Notes: generated from the letters alone by a model not told the origin. DNA of 64,000 nt from a bacterium (GCA_965219955.1 OZ244799.1:960001-1024000), one strand, 5' to 3'. Positions 51,478 through 61,226 are shown, counted from the first letter of the stretch. Numbers and translations are program-made.

Positions 51478-53376
51478 ATGCTTCGCTTTTTGAGGGAAAA
51501 GGGCAAAAGCTGGGTCCTGAAGGCGCTGCTGGGCTTCGTAGCGCTCACGTTCGTGTCTTTCGGCGGGTTCGCGCTCACGGACAGGCAGGCCGACACCGGA
51601 GGCGGCCGGGTTGCGGCATGGGTGGAAGATACGCCCATATCGGTGCACGAATTCGAACAACGCTATTATCAGCGGGCGGAAACGCTCAGGCGGCAACTGG
51701 GCGCCGCATATAACGAGGAACTCGCGCGCAGGCTCGGCCTGAGGCGCCAGACGCTCGATTCTCTCATTTCAGAGAAACTCCAGTTGCGCGAAGCCCGGCG
51801 GCTCGGCATCGAGGTCACCAACGCGCAAGTCGCCCTCCAGATACAGGCGCTCGCCCCCTTTCTGAGGGACGGGAAATTCGACGCCCAGCGGTATCGCAGC
51901 ATCCTGGAGTCGAACGGCATCACTCCCCGTCAGTTCGAGGAAGAACAAAGGCGGGTCGTTTTGCTCAATCAGCTCCAGGACTATGTGAACCTGGGCGTGT
52001 TGGTCAGCGATCAGGAAGCGCGGGGCGCCTATGAGTGGAGAAACGCGGAAATCAGGTTGGCCGCCGTTCGCCTGAAACCGGAAACCTTCGCATCGGATGT
52101 GGCGAAGATCGAAGCCGACCTGAAGGCCCATTATGAAAAAAACAAGGACCAGTTCAAGACCGGTCCCCAGCGGAAGGTGTCCTGGTGGCATCTGCCGTTT
52201 TCCGCGGTGGCGGGAGGGGTCGTGCTCAGCGACTCGGACTTGAGGTCGCACTACACGCGGACTCGCGCGAAGTATGAGCGCAAGGAGAGCGTGTCGGTGA
52301 ACCAGATTCTGCTGAAACTGCCTCCCGGTGCCAAGGAAGAGCTAATCGAGGCGAGCCGCAAGCGGCTCGAGGGTCTGCGCGAGCGCGTCTTGAAAGGCGA
52401 GGAATTCACCGAGCTGGCCAAAGCGCACTCCGAGGGCCCGGGAGCGAAGCGCGGGGGCGAGCTCGGCGTTTTCGGCAGAGGCCAGATGCTGCCCGAGCTG
52501 GAGCAGGCGGCCTACGCCCTGAAAAAAGGAGAGGTGAGCAAACCGGTGAAGACTTCTTTCGGCATGCACCTGCTGTGGGTGCGGGAGAAGGTCTTGCCGG
52601 GCGAGAAGCCCTTCGAGGAAGTGCGAAAGCAGGTGGAAACAGATTTGCGGGCCTTGCGCTCCAGGGAGCGGGCGAAAAATGAATTGAGGAAAATCCGCTA
52701 CGCGGTGGAGGACAAGAAGGCGGAGCCTGCCCTCGCCGGGTTGCGGAAGGGGGAAACCGGTTTCTTTGAGAGAGGCCGCCCTCCGCAGGCGGTGCCCGCA
52801 TCCGGCGTCGTGAGTGGGCTTGCGTTCTCTCTGAGCGGCGAGGAGAAGATATCCAGAGAGCAGGAAGGAGCTGGGGGCGTCAGCTTCGTGCGGCTCGAGG
52901 CGAAAAAAGCGCCTTTCGTCCCGGAATTCCCGGATGTCCGCAAACAGGTGGAGGCTTCATTCCTGCGCTTGAAGGGAGCCGAGATCGCGAAGCGAAATGC
53001 GGCGCTTTGGCTCCAGGAGCTCAAGGATAAAAAACGCGACCTCTCCTCTATCGCCGGGGAACTCGAGCTTGAAGTCCTCAGGCCAAAAGCCTTCAAGCGG
53101 ACGGACGTGCCGGATGAGCTCGGGCCTTCCGCGGATATCTCGAATCTCGCTTTCACCCAAAAGAAGGGCGGGTTCGGGATGGCCCGGGCCGGCAGCGACG
53201 TGATTCTGTTCGAGGTGTTGGAGGGGCCGCAGACGGACATGCAGAAGTTCGATTCCGAGAAAACGGATTTCCTCCAGGGCCTGCTTCACCTGAAGAAGGC
53301 GATGGTGTTCAACCGGTATCTGGACAAGCTCCGGCAGGCGGCCAACATCCGCTTCGAGGAAGGGTTCAACCTGTAG
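51478..53376 (+). CDS. PpiD/SurA-type periplasmic chaperone with parvulin domain
   Basis: N-terminal TM, SurA N domain, FTELAKAHSE...GGELG...SKPVKTSFGMHL. Confidence 0.85.
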   Translation: MLRFLREKGKSWVLKALLGFVALTFVSFGGFALTDRQADTGGGRVAAWVEDTPISVHEFEQRYYQRAETLRRQLGAAYNEELARRLGLRRQTLDSLISEKLQLREARRLGIEVTNAQVALQIQALAPFLRDGKFDAQRYRSILESNGITPRQFEEEQRRVVLLNQLQDYVNLGVLVSDQEARGAYEWRNAEIRLAAVRLKPETFASDVAKIEADLKAHYEKNKDQFKTGPQRKVSWWHLPFSAVAGGVVLSDSDLRSHYTRTRAKYERKESVSVNQILLKLPPGAKEELIEASRKRLEGLRERVLKGEEFTELAKAHSEGPGAKRGGELGVFGRGQMLPELEQAAYALKKGEVSKPVKTSFGMHLLWVREKVLPGEKPFEEVRKQVETDLRALRSRERAKNELRKIRYAVEDKKAEPALAGLRKGETGFFERGRPPQAVPASGVVSGLAFSLSGEEKISREQEGAGGVSFVRLEAKKAPFVPEFPDVRKQVEASFLRLKGAEIAKRNAALWLQELKDKKRDLSSIAGELELEVLRPKAFKRTDVPDELGPSADISNLAFTQKKGGFGMARAGSDVILFEVLEGPQTDMQKFDSEKTDFLQGLLHLKKAMVFNRYLDKLRQAANIRFEEGFNL

Positions 53377-53415
53377 AGGATTTCGGAGCAGTTTCTATTT
53401 TCCGGCTTTTCGGCC

Positions 53416-53730
53416 TCATCGCCAGAAATCTTCCCGGTCCTCGGGCCTGATTTCGTGTTTTTCCTGCATTCCTTTCTCGAAGAGGTCGGCCGCTTCTTTC
53501 TTTCGGGCTTCTTGCCGGCTCATCAAGTCCTGAATGTCGGGGGTCTTCTTCCTGGCCGCTTCGGCGAACGGGTCTTTCACCTGATGCCGCAGAATCCGCA
53601 CGGAATCCTCCCCGATCTCGAAGCGGATTTGATTCCCGGGTCCGGCGTCCAGGGATTTCATGATGTCCTTGGGAAGATGGATTCTTCCCCCCTGACCGAT
53701 TTCGACGATATATGGTTTCCTTTCGTTCAT
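53416..53730 (-). CDS. AbrB/MazE/SpoVT family DNA-binding protein
   Basis: IGQGGRIHLPKDIMKSLDAGPGNQIRF; RBS GAGGAG. Confidence 0.7.
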   Translation of the reverse strand: MNERKPYIVEIGQGGRIHLPKDIMKSLDAGPGNQIRFEIGEDSVRILRHQVKDPFAEAARKKTPDIQDLMSRQEARKKEAADLFEKGMQEKHEIRPEDREDFWR

Positions 53731-53827
53731 GAATAGTTCTCCTCAGAACCTGTTGTCCAGCACCTCGTTTCGATTAGCTTAACAGGAGCGAGGAGAAACT
53801 TGAAATACGCCTTTGGGCGCGCCGGGC

Positions 53828-56377
53828 CTAGCCCCAGGTCAGGAGATGCAGGCTGAGCGGATGAATGAGGTGCGGGTGATGGGGCACGGCGCGCACCGAC
53901 ACGCCGTGCATGCCCGGGCTGCGGCATTCGATCTCGCCATGAAAACGGTATGCGCCGCCGCCCAGGTCTTCGGCGAAGACCATGGGAGAGACGGCCTCTG
54001 CGGACAACAGGTTTTCCTCTTTCAAGCGTCCTTCGTAAATCTCGAGGCGGACTTCTTCGGGGGAGAGATTACCGAGAGAGGCCTCCGCTTCGACCCTCAT
54101 TTTCGCGCCCAGGGGAACGACGCCGTTTTGCGCCATCGATATCCGGGTGATCTCCACCCCGGGCCATGCGCGGTGCACGCGCTCTTTCCAGTCGGAGAGC
54201 GATTTGGCGGGGGTTCTTTCGTCCGCCATGAGACGCGCATGGTGCGCCCCCAGGGGCAGGTAGAATTTTTCCGCGTACTCGCGCACCATCCGACTCGTGT
54301 TGAAATAGGGGCAGAGGGACTGCAGCGAGTTCTTGATCATCTCCAGCCAGCCGTATGGAATGTCCTCGTCGTCCCGTTCATAGAAAAGGGGAATCACGAC
54401 CTGCTCGAGCGTGTTGAACAGGCTCTCGCACTCCATCTCGTCCTGGTAGCCGGGGTCGTTGTAGTTCTCGAGGCCGCCGATGGCCCACCCCAGGTGGCTC
54501 GCATACCCCTCCGCCCACCAGCCGTCCATGATGCTCAGGTTCAAGGCGCCGTTGGCGGCGGCCTTCATGCCGCTGGTGCCGCTCGCTTCCTGCGGGCGGC
54601 GGGGGTTGTTCAACCACAAATCCACCCCCTGCACGAGTTGCCGCCCGACGTGGATGTCGTAATCCTCCACGAATACGAGCTTGTCCCGCACGTTTTCCCT
54701 CCGGGCGAAATGGAGGAGTTCGCGAATGAAACTTTTGCCCTCCATGTCCCTCGGGTGGGCTTTGCCGGAGAATATGATTTGAACGGGCTTTTCCCTGTTC
54801 GTGAGTAGCGAGACCAGGCGCTCGGGCCTCTTGAGCAGCAAGGTGGCGCGCTTGTAGGTGGCGAAGCGTCTCGCAAAGCCGATCGTCAGCGCCCCGGGGT
54901 CGGGGAGGATGGTGACGTTGGGGCGCGTGACGCTTCCCAACGGCCGCTTGAGGGCGTGCGCGCGGCAAAATTCGATGAGACGCTCGCGGTTTTTCTCCCG
55001 GACGCCCCAGAGTTCGTTCTCAGGTATTGAGGCGACTCTCTCCCAGATCTCCGGCTTGTCCGTCTCGTCCACCCAGCCGCCGCCCAGATGCCTGTCGAAC
55101 AACTCCTTCATCCCGGGCGATACCCAGGTGGGGAAGTGAACGCCGTTCGTGATGGAGTCGATGGGGATGTCCTGCTCGGGGACTTCCGGCCACATGGATT
55201 GCCACATCTTTCGCGAAACCTCGCCGTGCAGTTTGCTGACGCCGTTCGCCGCCGATGAGAGGCGCAGCGCGAGGACGGCCATGTTGAAAGGCTCGTCCCC
55301 CTGTTCGGGGTTCACCCGGCCCAGACCCAGAAATTCGTCCCACTCCATGGAGAGGGATTGCGCGTAGGTGCGGAAGTATTTTTCCATCATGTCGGGCGGA
55401 AAAATGTCGATGCCCGCCGGGACGGGCGTGTGCGTCGTGAAGACGTTCCCGGCGGAAGTCAACTCCCGGGCCGCGCCGGGGTCGATGCCGAATTTCCCCA
55501 TCGCATAGCGGATTCTCTCGAGCGCCAGGAAGGCGGAATGCCCCTCGTTCATGTGGCAGACGACGGGCGGTAGGTTCAGCTTGTGGAGCAGCCTCACGCC
55601 GCCGATGCCGAGCAGGATCTCCTGGCGGATCCGCGTCTCCATGTCCCCGGCGTAGAGGGCCAGCGTGATTTCGCGCAGCGAGGGCGCGTTTGTGGGCACG
55701 TTGGCGTCCAGGAGGTAGATGGGTATTCGGCCCACCTGCACGTGCCAGACCTGTGCGGTGAGTGGACCGTCGGGGAAATCGACTTCCACCGTGATGGGCT
55801 CTCCGTTCTCATCGTGATCGAGATGGAAGGGCGTGTGATGAAAATCGTTGTCCGGGTAGCGCTCCTGCTGCCAGCCGTCGGGCCCCAGGTGCTGGCGGAA
55901 ATATCCCTGGCTGTAGGCGAGACCCACGCCGATGAGGGGGAGCCCTAAGTCACTCGCGGATTTCATGTGGTCACCGGCGAGGACGCCCAGGCCGCCCGAA
56001 TAGTTGGGCACGGATTCCGTCAGTCCGAATTCCATGCTGAAGTAGGCGATGCGCTGGTCCTCGCTCTTTTCGCTCTCGGGCAGGTTCTGGTACCAGGACG
56101 GTTTGTGGAGATACGCGTGAAGCTCTTTCAGTACGGCTTCCATCTCGCGGAGGAAATGCGCGTCGCGCGCCGCCGCGTCGAGCCGCTCCTGGGAGACGGA
56201 GCGCAGCATTTGCGCAGGATTATAGTGGCAATCCTCCCACAGGGCGTCGTCCAGCCTGCTGAAAAGCGCGCGCGCGCGATGGTTCCAGTCGAAGGCGATG
56301 TTGTCTGCGATTTCCTCGAGACCTTTTAATTCCGGAGGAATGTTGGGCACTACCTGAAACGAAAGCACGGTCGTCAT
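53828..56377 (-). CDS. glgP: Alpha-glucan phosphorylase
   Basis: YSGGLGVLAGD, HMNEGH, ARRFATYKR, EASGTSGMK (PLP Lys). Confidence 0.93.
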   Translation of the reverse strand: MTTVLSFQVVPNIPPELKGLEEIADNIAFDWNHRARALFSRLDDALWEDCHYNPAQMLRSVSQERLDAAARDAHFLREMEAVLKELHAYLHKPSWYQNLPESEKSEDQRIAYFSMEFGLTESVPNYSGGLGVLAGDHMKSASDLGLPLIGVGLAYSQGYFRQHLGPDGWQQERYPDNDFHHTPFHLDHDENGEPITVEVDFPDGPLTAQVWHVQVGRIPIYLLDANVPTNAPSLREITLALYAGDMETRIRQEILLGIGGVRLLHKLNLPPVVCHMNEGHSAFLALERIRYAMGKFGIDPGAARELTSAGNVFTTHTPVPAGIDIFPPDMMEKYFRTYAQSLSMEWDEFLGLGRVNPEQGDEPFNMAVLALRLSSAANGVSKLHGEVSRKMWQSMWPEVPEQDIPIDSITNGVHFPTWVSPGMKELFDRHLGGGWVDETDKPEIWERVASIPENELWGVREKNRERLIEFCRAHALKRPLGSVTRPNVTILPDPGALTIGFARRFATYKRATLLLKRPERLVSLLTNREKPVQIIFSGKAHPRDMEGKSFIRELLHFARRENVRDKLVFVEDYDIHVGRQLVQGVDLWLNNPRRPQEASGTSGMKAAANGALNLSIMDGWWAEGYASHLGWAIGGLENYNDPGYQDEMECESLFNTLEQVVIPLFYERDDEDIPYGWLEMIKNSLQSLCPYFNTSRMVREYAEKFYLPLGAHHARLMADERTPAKSLSDWKERVHRAWPGVEITRISMAQNGVVPLGAKMRVEAEASLGNLSPEEVRLEIYEGRLKEENLLSAEAVSPMVFAEDLGGGAYRFHGEIECRSPGMHGVSVRAVPHHPHLIHPLSLHLLTWG

Positions 56378-56454
56378 TTTCTGTTCCCGATAAGGATTGC
56401 GAGTCGGCTCATTATACCGATTTCACGAGGACGATTTCACGCATCGGACCCGAA

Positions 56455-56865
56455 TTATTCGGCGAGTCCATAGCCGCCTTTTTCACGGAGCGCCACGTTG
56501 GGTCCCGGCGGCGAATATAAAACCATATATTTGAACAGCGCGTCACCCGTGCTCGTGATTTGGTGCATCTTGCCCGGAGGCACGAAAACCGCGTCGCCCG
56601 CCTCGACCGAAATCTTCTCCCCCTCGATGTCGATCACCCCCGTTCCGCTGATGATGTAGAAGGCGTGCTCCTCGGCGTCGTGCTTGTGGGCGGTGGAGGT
56701 GAGACCCGGGTCGAATTCGTTGATGAGCAGGGCGAACTGTTTGGCGCCCACGGTCTCCTCATCGAGGAGAATCCGGAACATGCTCCTGCCGCCGGGCACG
56801 GGCAACTCTCCGCTCAGGGCTTCGCTCTCCCGCACGCGCAGGGGTTTGTTATGCTGCTCGCTCAT
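56455..56865 (-). CDS. Cupin domain protein
   Basis: HKHDAEEHAFYIISGTG and GDAVFVPPGKMH cupin motifs; RBS AGGAG. Confidence 0.85.
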   Translation of the reverse strand: MSEQHNKPLRVRESEALSGELPVPGGRSMFRILLDEETVGAKQFALLINEFDPGLTSTAHKHDAEEHAFYIISGTGVIDIEGEKISVEAGDAVFVPPGKMHQITSTGDALFKYMVLYSPPGPNVALREKGGYGLAE

Positions 56866-56933
56866 AATGGCTCCTTCCTTTCGTGGAATCGTGGCTTGGA
56901 ATATGAAAATCCGGCTGCCGGAGAATCAGCGGT

Positions 56934-57755
56934 TCATGGCGCCTTTTGCTTCGTTTGCCGGTACATGTGGTTGAGCGGGCCTCTGCCGTTTCCGATGGCG
57001 AGCGCGTTCTCGATGGCGCCCTGGATGAAATCTTTCGCCCGCCTCACCGCTTCGATAGTCGGCTCCCCCTGCGCCAGCCCCGCCGCGATGGCCGAGGAGA
57101 GCGTGCATCCCGTGCCGTGGGTATGGGGGGTGTCGATGCGCCTGCCCTCGAGCGCGACCTCGTTTTCTCCGTCGAAGAAAATGTCCACGGCGCCATCGGT
57201 AATGTGGCCTCCTTTGAGCAGAACGCATTTCGCTCCCCGCTCGTGGAGGGCCCGGGCGGCGTCTCTCATCCGGGCGAGGGTTTCGATTTCTCCGGTTTCC
57301 AGGATGTCGCGCGCTTCTTCCGTATTGGGCGTGACGACCTCGGCCAGCGGGAAGAGGTTGTCGACGAGGGCGTCTCTCGCGTCGGGCGCGAGGAGGCGGT
57401 CGCCGCTTTTGGCGACCATCACCGGGTCGAGCACGACGCGCGCGAGCGCGTGCTCTTTGAGTTTCGCGGCGACGACCTCGATGACGTCGACCGTGGCGAG
57501 CATGCCGATTTTCGCGCTTGCCACGTCCAAATCCGAGCACACCGAGTCGAATTGCGCCGCGATGAAGTCGGGCGGTGCGCCGTGCACCCCTTGTACGCCC
57601 ACGGTGTTCTGCGCCGTCAGCGCGGTGATGACCGAAGCGCCATAGACCCCGAACGCGCTGAAAGTCTTGAGGTCGGCCTGGATCCCGGCTCCGCCGCCTG
57701 AGTCCGAACCCGCTATCGTCAGGGCGATGGGGGGAGGGCTCCCGGGTTTCGCCAT
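56934..57755 (-). CDS. thiD: Hydroxymethylpyrimidine/phosphomethylpyrimidine kinase
   Basis: [37 protein letters not shown]. Confidence 0.92.
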   Translation of the reverse strand: MAKPGSPPPIALTIAGSDSGGGAGIQADLKTFSAFGVYGASVITALTAQNTVGVQGVHGAPPDFIAAQFDSVCSDLDVASAKIGMLATVDVIEVVAAKLKEHALARVVLDPVMVAKSGDRLLAPDARDALVDNLFPLAEVVTPNTEEARDILETGEIETLARMRDAARALHERGAKCVLLKGGHITDGAVDIFFDGENEVALEGRRIDTPHTHGTGCTLSSAIAAGLAQGEPTIEAVRRAKDFIQGAIENALAIGNGRGPLNHMYRQTKQKAP

Positions 57756-57879
57756 GTCTTTCTCCTTTCGCTTCACATCATAAGGCGATGCGACATGAAA
57801 ATGTAGCACACCGGGAATATATTGGGAGGTTGTCGGGAATATGACGAAGAGAAAAAAACGGGGAACCGCTTTAATGGGG

Positions 57880-57913
57880 AATTCTTGACAAATTTGTTTG
57901 GGAATTATAGTCT
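57880..57913 (+). promoter_or_regulatory. sigma70 promoter of the cysK operon overlapped by a candidate Rrf2 operator
   Basis: TTGACA (57885-90)-17 nt-TAGTCT (57908-13); imperfect palindrome ATTCTTGACAAATTTGTTTGGGAAT (57881-905). Confidence 0.6.
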
Positions 57914-57957
57914 CACGCTCGGCTGGTTCGGTGTAAAAGGATTGGAAGGGCACTCTC

Positions 57958-58917
57958 ATGGCATTGGGCACCCGGGGCCGTCCGCCCCAGATTCTGAGGG
58001 CGCTTCCCTCGCTCATCGATCGCATCGGAGGCACGAGCCTCGTCCAGTTGCAGCGTCTTCCCGATGCTTCCGGCGCGCGCGTGTTCGCCAAGCTCGAGCA
58101 ATACAACCCCGGCGGGAGCGTGAAGGACAGAATCGCGCTCAGCATGGTGCTCGACGGCGAGCGGCGCGGCCTCCTGAAGCCCGGCGGGACGATCATCGAG
58201 CCCACGAGTGGCAACACGGGCATTGGCTTGGCGCTCATCGGCGCCATTCGCGGCTACAGGACGATCATCGTGCTCAGCAAGAGCATGAGCCACGAGCGCA
58301 ACTCCCTGCTCACGGGCTACGGGGCCGAGGTGGTCTTCAGCTCCAGCGAGGGCGGCATGTACGGCTCGCTCGTGCTGGCCGAAGCCATCCTGGAGGAGAA
58401 CCCGGACTACTTCATGCCCCAGCAGTTCAACAACCCGGCCAACCCGGAGATCCACCGCAGGACCACGGCGCGCGAGATCCTGCGCGACATGGGCGCGGAA
58501 TCGGTGGACGCCTTCGTGGCGGGCGTGGGGACGGGAGGCACCATCACGGGCGTGGGTGAGGTCCTGAAGGAGAGAAGGCCGGAAACGCTCGTCATCGGCG
58601 TGGAGCCCGCCGCGTCCCCCGTTCTCACGGGCGGGGAACCCGGCCCGCACCAGATTCAGGGGATCGGCGCGGGCTTCGTGCCTGCGGTGTTGAACCGGGC
58701 GATCATCGACGAGGTGATGCCGGTGAGCGATTCGGACGCGTATGAGGTGAGCAAGGCCCTGAGCCGGGAGGAGGGCATGGCCGCAGGCATTTCGGCGGGA
58801 GCGGCGGTAAGCGCGGCTCTTGAGGTGGCGCGGCGGATGGGGCCTGAGGAAAACGTGGTGGTCGTCATTCCCGACGGCTGGGAGAGATATTATAGTCTGG
58901 AGCAGCATTTTCGTTAG
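57958..58917 (+). CDS. cysK: Cysteine synthase A
   Basis: NPGGSVKDR, PTSGNTG, GVGTGGT, PGPHQIQGIG loop of CysK type. Confidence 0.88.
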   Translation: MALGTRGRPPQILRALPSLIDRIGGTSLVQLQRLPDASGARVFAKLEQYNPGGSVKDRIALSMVLDGERRGLLKPGGTIIEPTSGNTGIGLALIGAIRGYRTIIVLSKSMSHERNSLLTGYGAEVVFSSSEGGMYGSLVLAEAILEENPDYFMPQQFNNPANPEIHRRTTAREILRDMGAESVDAFVAGVGTGGTITGVGEVLKERRPETLVIGVEPAASPVLTGGEPGPHQIQGIGAGFVPAVLNRAIIDEVMPVSDSDAYEVSKALSREEGMAAGISAGAAVSAALEVARRMGPEENVVVVIPDGWERYYSLEQHFR

Positions 58918-58970
58918 GCAACTTACTTCAGCATCCCCGGAGAGCGGGGTTTTCAGATCAGGAGAGAGAA

Positions 58971-59249
58971 ATGGCGGTAACGGTTCGTATTCCGACACCT
59001 TTACAGGAGTTCACACAGCAGCAGGACGCCGTGGAGATCGCGGGCGCGGACGTGAAGGAAGTGCTCGCGAACCTCGACAGCCAGTTCGCGGGCATCGGCC
59101 AGCGCCTCTATGACGAGGAGGGCAAGCTGCGGCGTTTCGTGAACATTTACGTGAACCAGGAGGACATCCGCTTCCTGCAGGGAGAGGGAACGGCGGTGAG
59201 CGATGGAGATGAGGTCTCCATCGTGCCGGCCATCGCGGGCGGCCTGTAA
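58971..59249 (+). CDS. MoaD/ThiS/CysO-type ubiquitin-like sulfur carrier
   Basis: VRIPTPL...LRRFVNIYVNQEDIRF...GDEVSIVPAIAGG-L. Confidence 0.92.
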   Translation: MAVTVRIPTPLQEFTQQQDAVEIAGADVKEVLANLDSQFAGIGQRLYDEEGKLRRFVNIYVNQEDIRFLQGEGTAVSDGDEVSIVPAIAGGL

Positions 59250-59281
59250 TCGTCCGCAAACCCCGAGAGGAGAGTCGCCCC

Positions 59282-59932
59282 TTGGGCTTGAGCGAAGAGC
59301 AGATTCAGCGCTACAGCCGCCACATTCTGCTCCCTGGTGTGGGAGGAGTCGGGCAGGAGCGCCTGCTGGCCTCTTCCGTCCTCATTGCCTATTCGGAGGA
59401 TGAGGAGAGTGCTGCGCTCACCGCCCTGGCGTATCTGGCGGCTGCGGGCGTGGGCCGGATCGGCTGGTGTCCGCTCGATGGGGGCGACGGGCTCAAGCAG
59501 AAATCGCCGCTCTCCGCCTTCTATGGCGGCAGCCTGGGAGGTGGCCTCAAGAGGTTCAACCCCGATACGAGGCTGGTTCCCGTTCGACCGGACGAGGGAG
59601 CAGGGGAGGTTTTCGACGTCCTCATCCGGCTGGGCGATGAAGGAGCCTCAGATGATGAGAGATTCGAGGCTTCGGCGAAAGCCGCGCTGCGAGGCGTCTC
59701 CCGTGGGGAGGCCGGAGAAATTCTCGAGGGACCCGGCGGTTTCGGGGAGCCGGACGCAATACCATCTCCGAGGGGCGCATCGACAGTGGCGGCCCAGGGC
59801 GCTTTGGGCGCATGGCTGGCCGCGAGAGCCTTGCGGCATCTGGTGGATGAAATGGAAACAGTGGGGTCGACTGCGCAGGCCCGATTCGATTTTTCGCACG
59901 GCCTGATGGAGGCGCGTGCGAACCTTTCCTGA
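59282..59932 (+). CDS. Degenerate ThiF/MoeB (E1-like) protein lacking ATP-binding motifs
   Basis: RYSRHILLPGVGGVGQERL, YLAAAGVG and FNPD retained; GxGxxG, NLxRQ, DN and CxxC absent; intact ORF with RBS GAGGAG. Confidence 0.8.
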   Translation: MGLSEEQIQRYSRHILLPGVGGVGQERLLASSVLIAYSEDEESAALTALAYLAAAGVGRIGWCPLDGGDGLKQKSPLSAFYGGSLGGGLKRFNPDTRLVPVRPDEGAGEVFDVLIRLGDEGASDDERFEASAKAALRGVSRGEAGEILEGPGGFGEPDAIPSPRGASTVAAQGALGAWLAARALRHLVDEMETVGSTAQARFDFSHGLMEARANLS

Positions 59933-59965
59933 GATTTTCAGGAGCTAAGTGCGAGGGCCATACCA

Positions 59966-60904
59966 ATGGTCGAATCGACGGTGGAGAATCCCGCGAGCGC
60001 GTTCAGAAATTTAGAGGATTCCCCAATCATCAAGTGTATCGGCAACACCCCTCTGCTGGAAGTCAAGCTGTTCGAGAGCGAGTTCCCGGACGTGGAGGTC
60101 TACGCCAAGGCGGAGTGGTTCAACCCGGGCGGCTCGGTGAAGGACAGGCCGGCGCTCTTCATGGTGAAGGACGGCCTGGAAACGGGAGCGTTGCGCCCCG
60201 GCAGGATTCTGCTCGATTCCACGAGCGGCAACACCGGCATCGCCTACGCCATGATCGGCGCGGCACTGGGGATTCCGGTGCGCCTCGTCCTGCCTGCGAA
60301 CGCGAGCGACGAACGCAAGGCGACCTTGAAGGGCTACGGGGCCGAGATCGTTTTCTCGGACCCCCTGGAGGGCTCGGACGGCGCGCAGCGCCTCGCGGCG
60401 AAGATGTATCAGGACGAGCCGGAAAAATACTTTTTGCCCTGCCAATACGACAACCCGGCGAACCCGCTCGCCCACGTCGAGACCACGGCGTCCGAGATTC
60501 TCGAGCAGACGGGTGGCCGCGTGGAGCACTTCGTCGCGGGTCTCGGCACTACCGGCACCCTGGTGGGCACGGGGCGCGGCCTCAAGGCGAGAAAACCCGA
60601 CGTCGTGGTGCATGCGGTCATGCCGTCGGAATCGTTTCACGGCCTGGAGGGCATGAAGCATATCCCCACGGCCATTCGCCCGAAGATTTACGATGAGAGC
60701 GTGCACGACAACCTGATTCCGGCGAGCACCGAGGAGAGCTACGAGCTCGCCGAGCGCATCGCGAAAGAAGAGGGTCTCTTCATCGGCCACTCGGCAGGCG
60801 CCGCGCTCGTGGGCGTGCGCGAGGTGGCGAAGCAGATAGGCAAGGGCGTTATCGTCACCCTGTTCCCCGACGGGGGGGACAGGTACCTGAGCGAAGCGCG
60901 CTAG
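59966..60904 (+). CDS. cysM: Cysteine synthase B-like PLP enzyme (CysM type)
   Basis: NPGGSVKDR, STSGNTG, GLGTTGT, short HGLEGMKH loop. Confidence 0.8.
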   Translation: MVESTVENPASAFRNLEDSPIIKCIGNTPLLEVKLFESEFPDVEVYAKAEWFNPGGSVKDRPALFMVKDGLETGALRPGRILLDSTSGNTGIAYAMIGAALGIPVRLVLPANASDERKATLKGYGAEIVFSDPLEGSDGAQRLAAKMYQDEPEKYFLPCQYDNPANPLAHVETTASEILEQTGGRVEHFVAGLGTTGTLVGTGRGLKARKPDVVVHAVMPSESFHGLEGMKHIPTAIRPKIYDESVHDNLIPASTEESYELAERIAKEEGLFIGHSAGAALVGVREVAKQIGKGVIVTLFPDGGDRYLSEAR

Positions 60905-60906
60905 GA

Positions 60907-61213
60907 GGGGGTGTTGAAAAAGTCCCGTGGAGCGATTTTGGTTGAGCGCCCGGTCTTGAAGTTCACTCCCCCCTTGAGGGGGTCGGGCTTCCCGAGGGGA
61001 AAGCCCGACAGAAGCCGAGCGTTTTTTGCGAAGGCTGATGCGGTGGGGGGTAAAATGCGTTTTATCGCCACTCCGAATTATACCCCCCACCGAATCGCTT
61101 TCGGGCTTACGCCCTCAGCTCTTCGACTCCCCCTCAAGGGGGGAGTGATTTTTCTCTCTCGTCGGTCAGTTACATACGACAAATCCAGAGTTTCGGACTT
61201 TTTCAACAACCCC
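60907..61213. mobile_element. MITE-like non-autonomous element (307 bp)
   Basis: 19-bp terminal inverted repeats GGGGGTGTTGAAAAAGTCC / GGACTTTTTCAACAACCCC (18/19); nested internal inverted repeats; no transposase. Confidence 0.75.
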
Positions 61214-61226
61214 GAGGAGGCTTGGT

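Noticed and set aside
59282-59932. Degenerate E1 as a simple pseudogene
   Set aside because: No stops or evident frameshift, has an RBS, and its losses complement the second E1; pseudogene status is not formally excluded.
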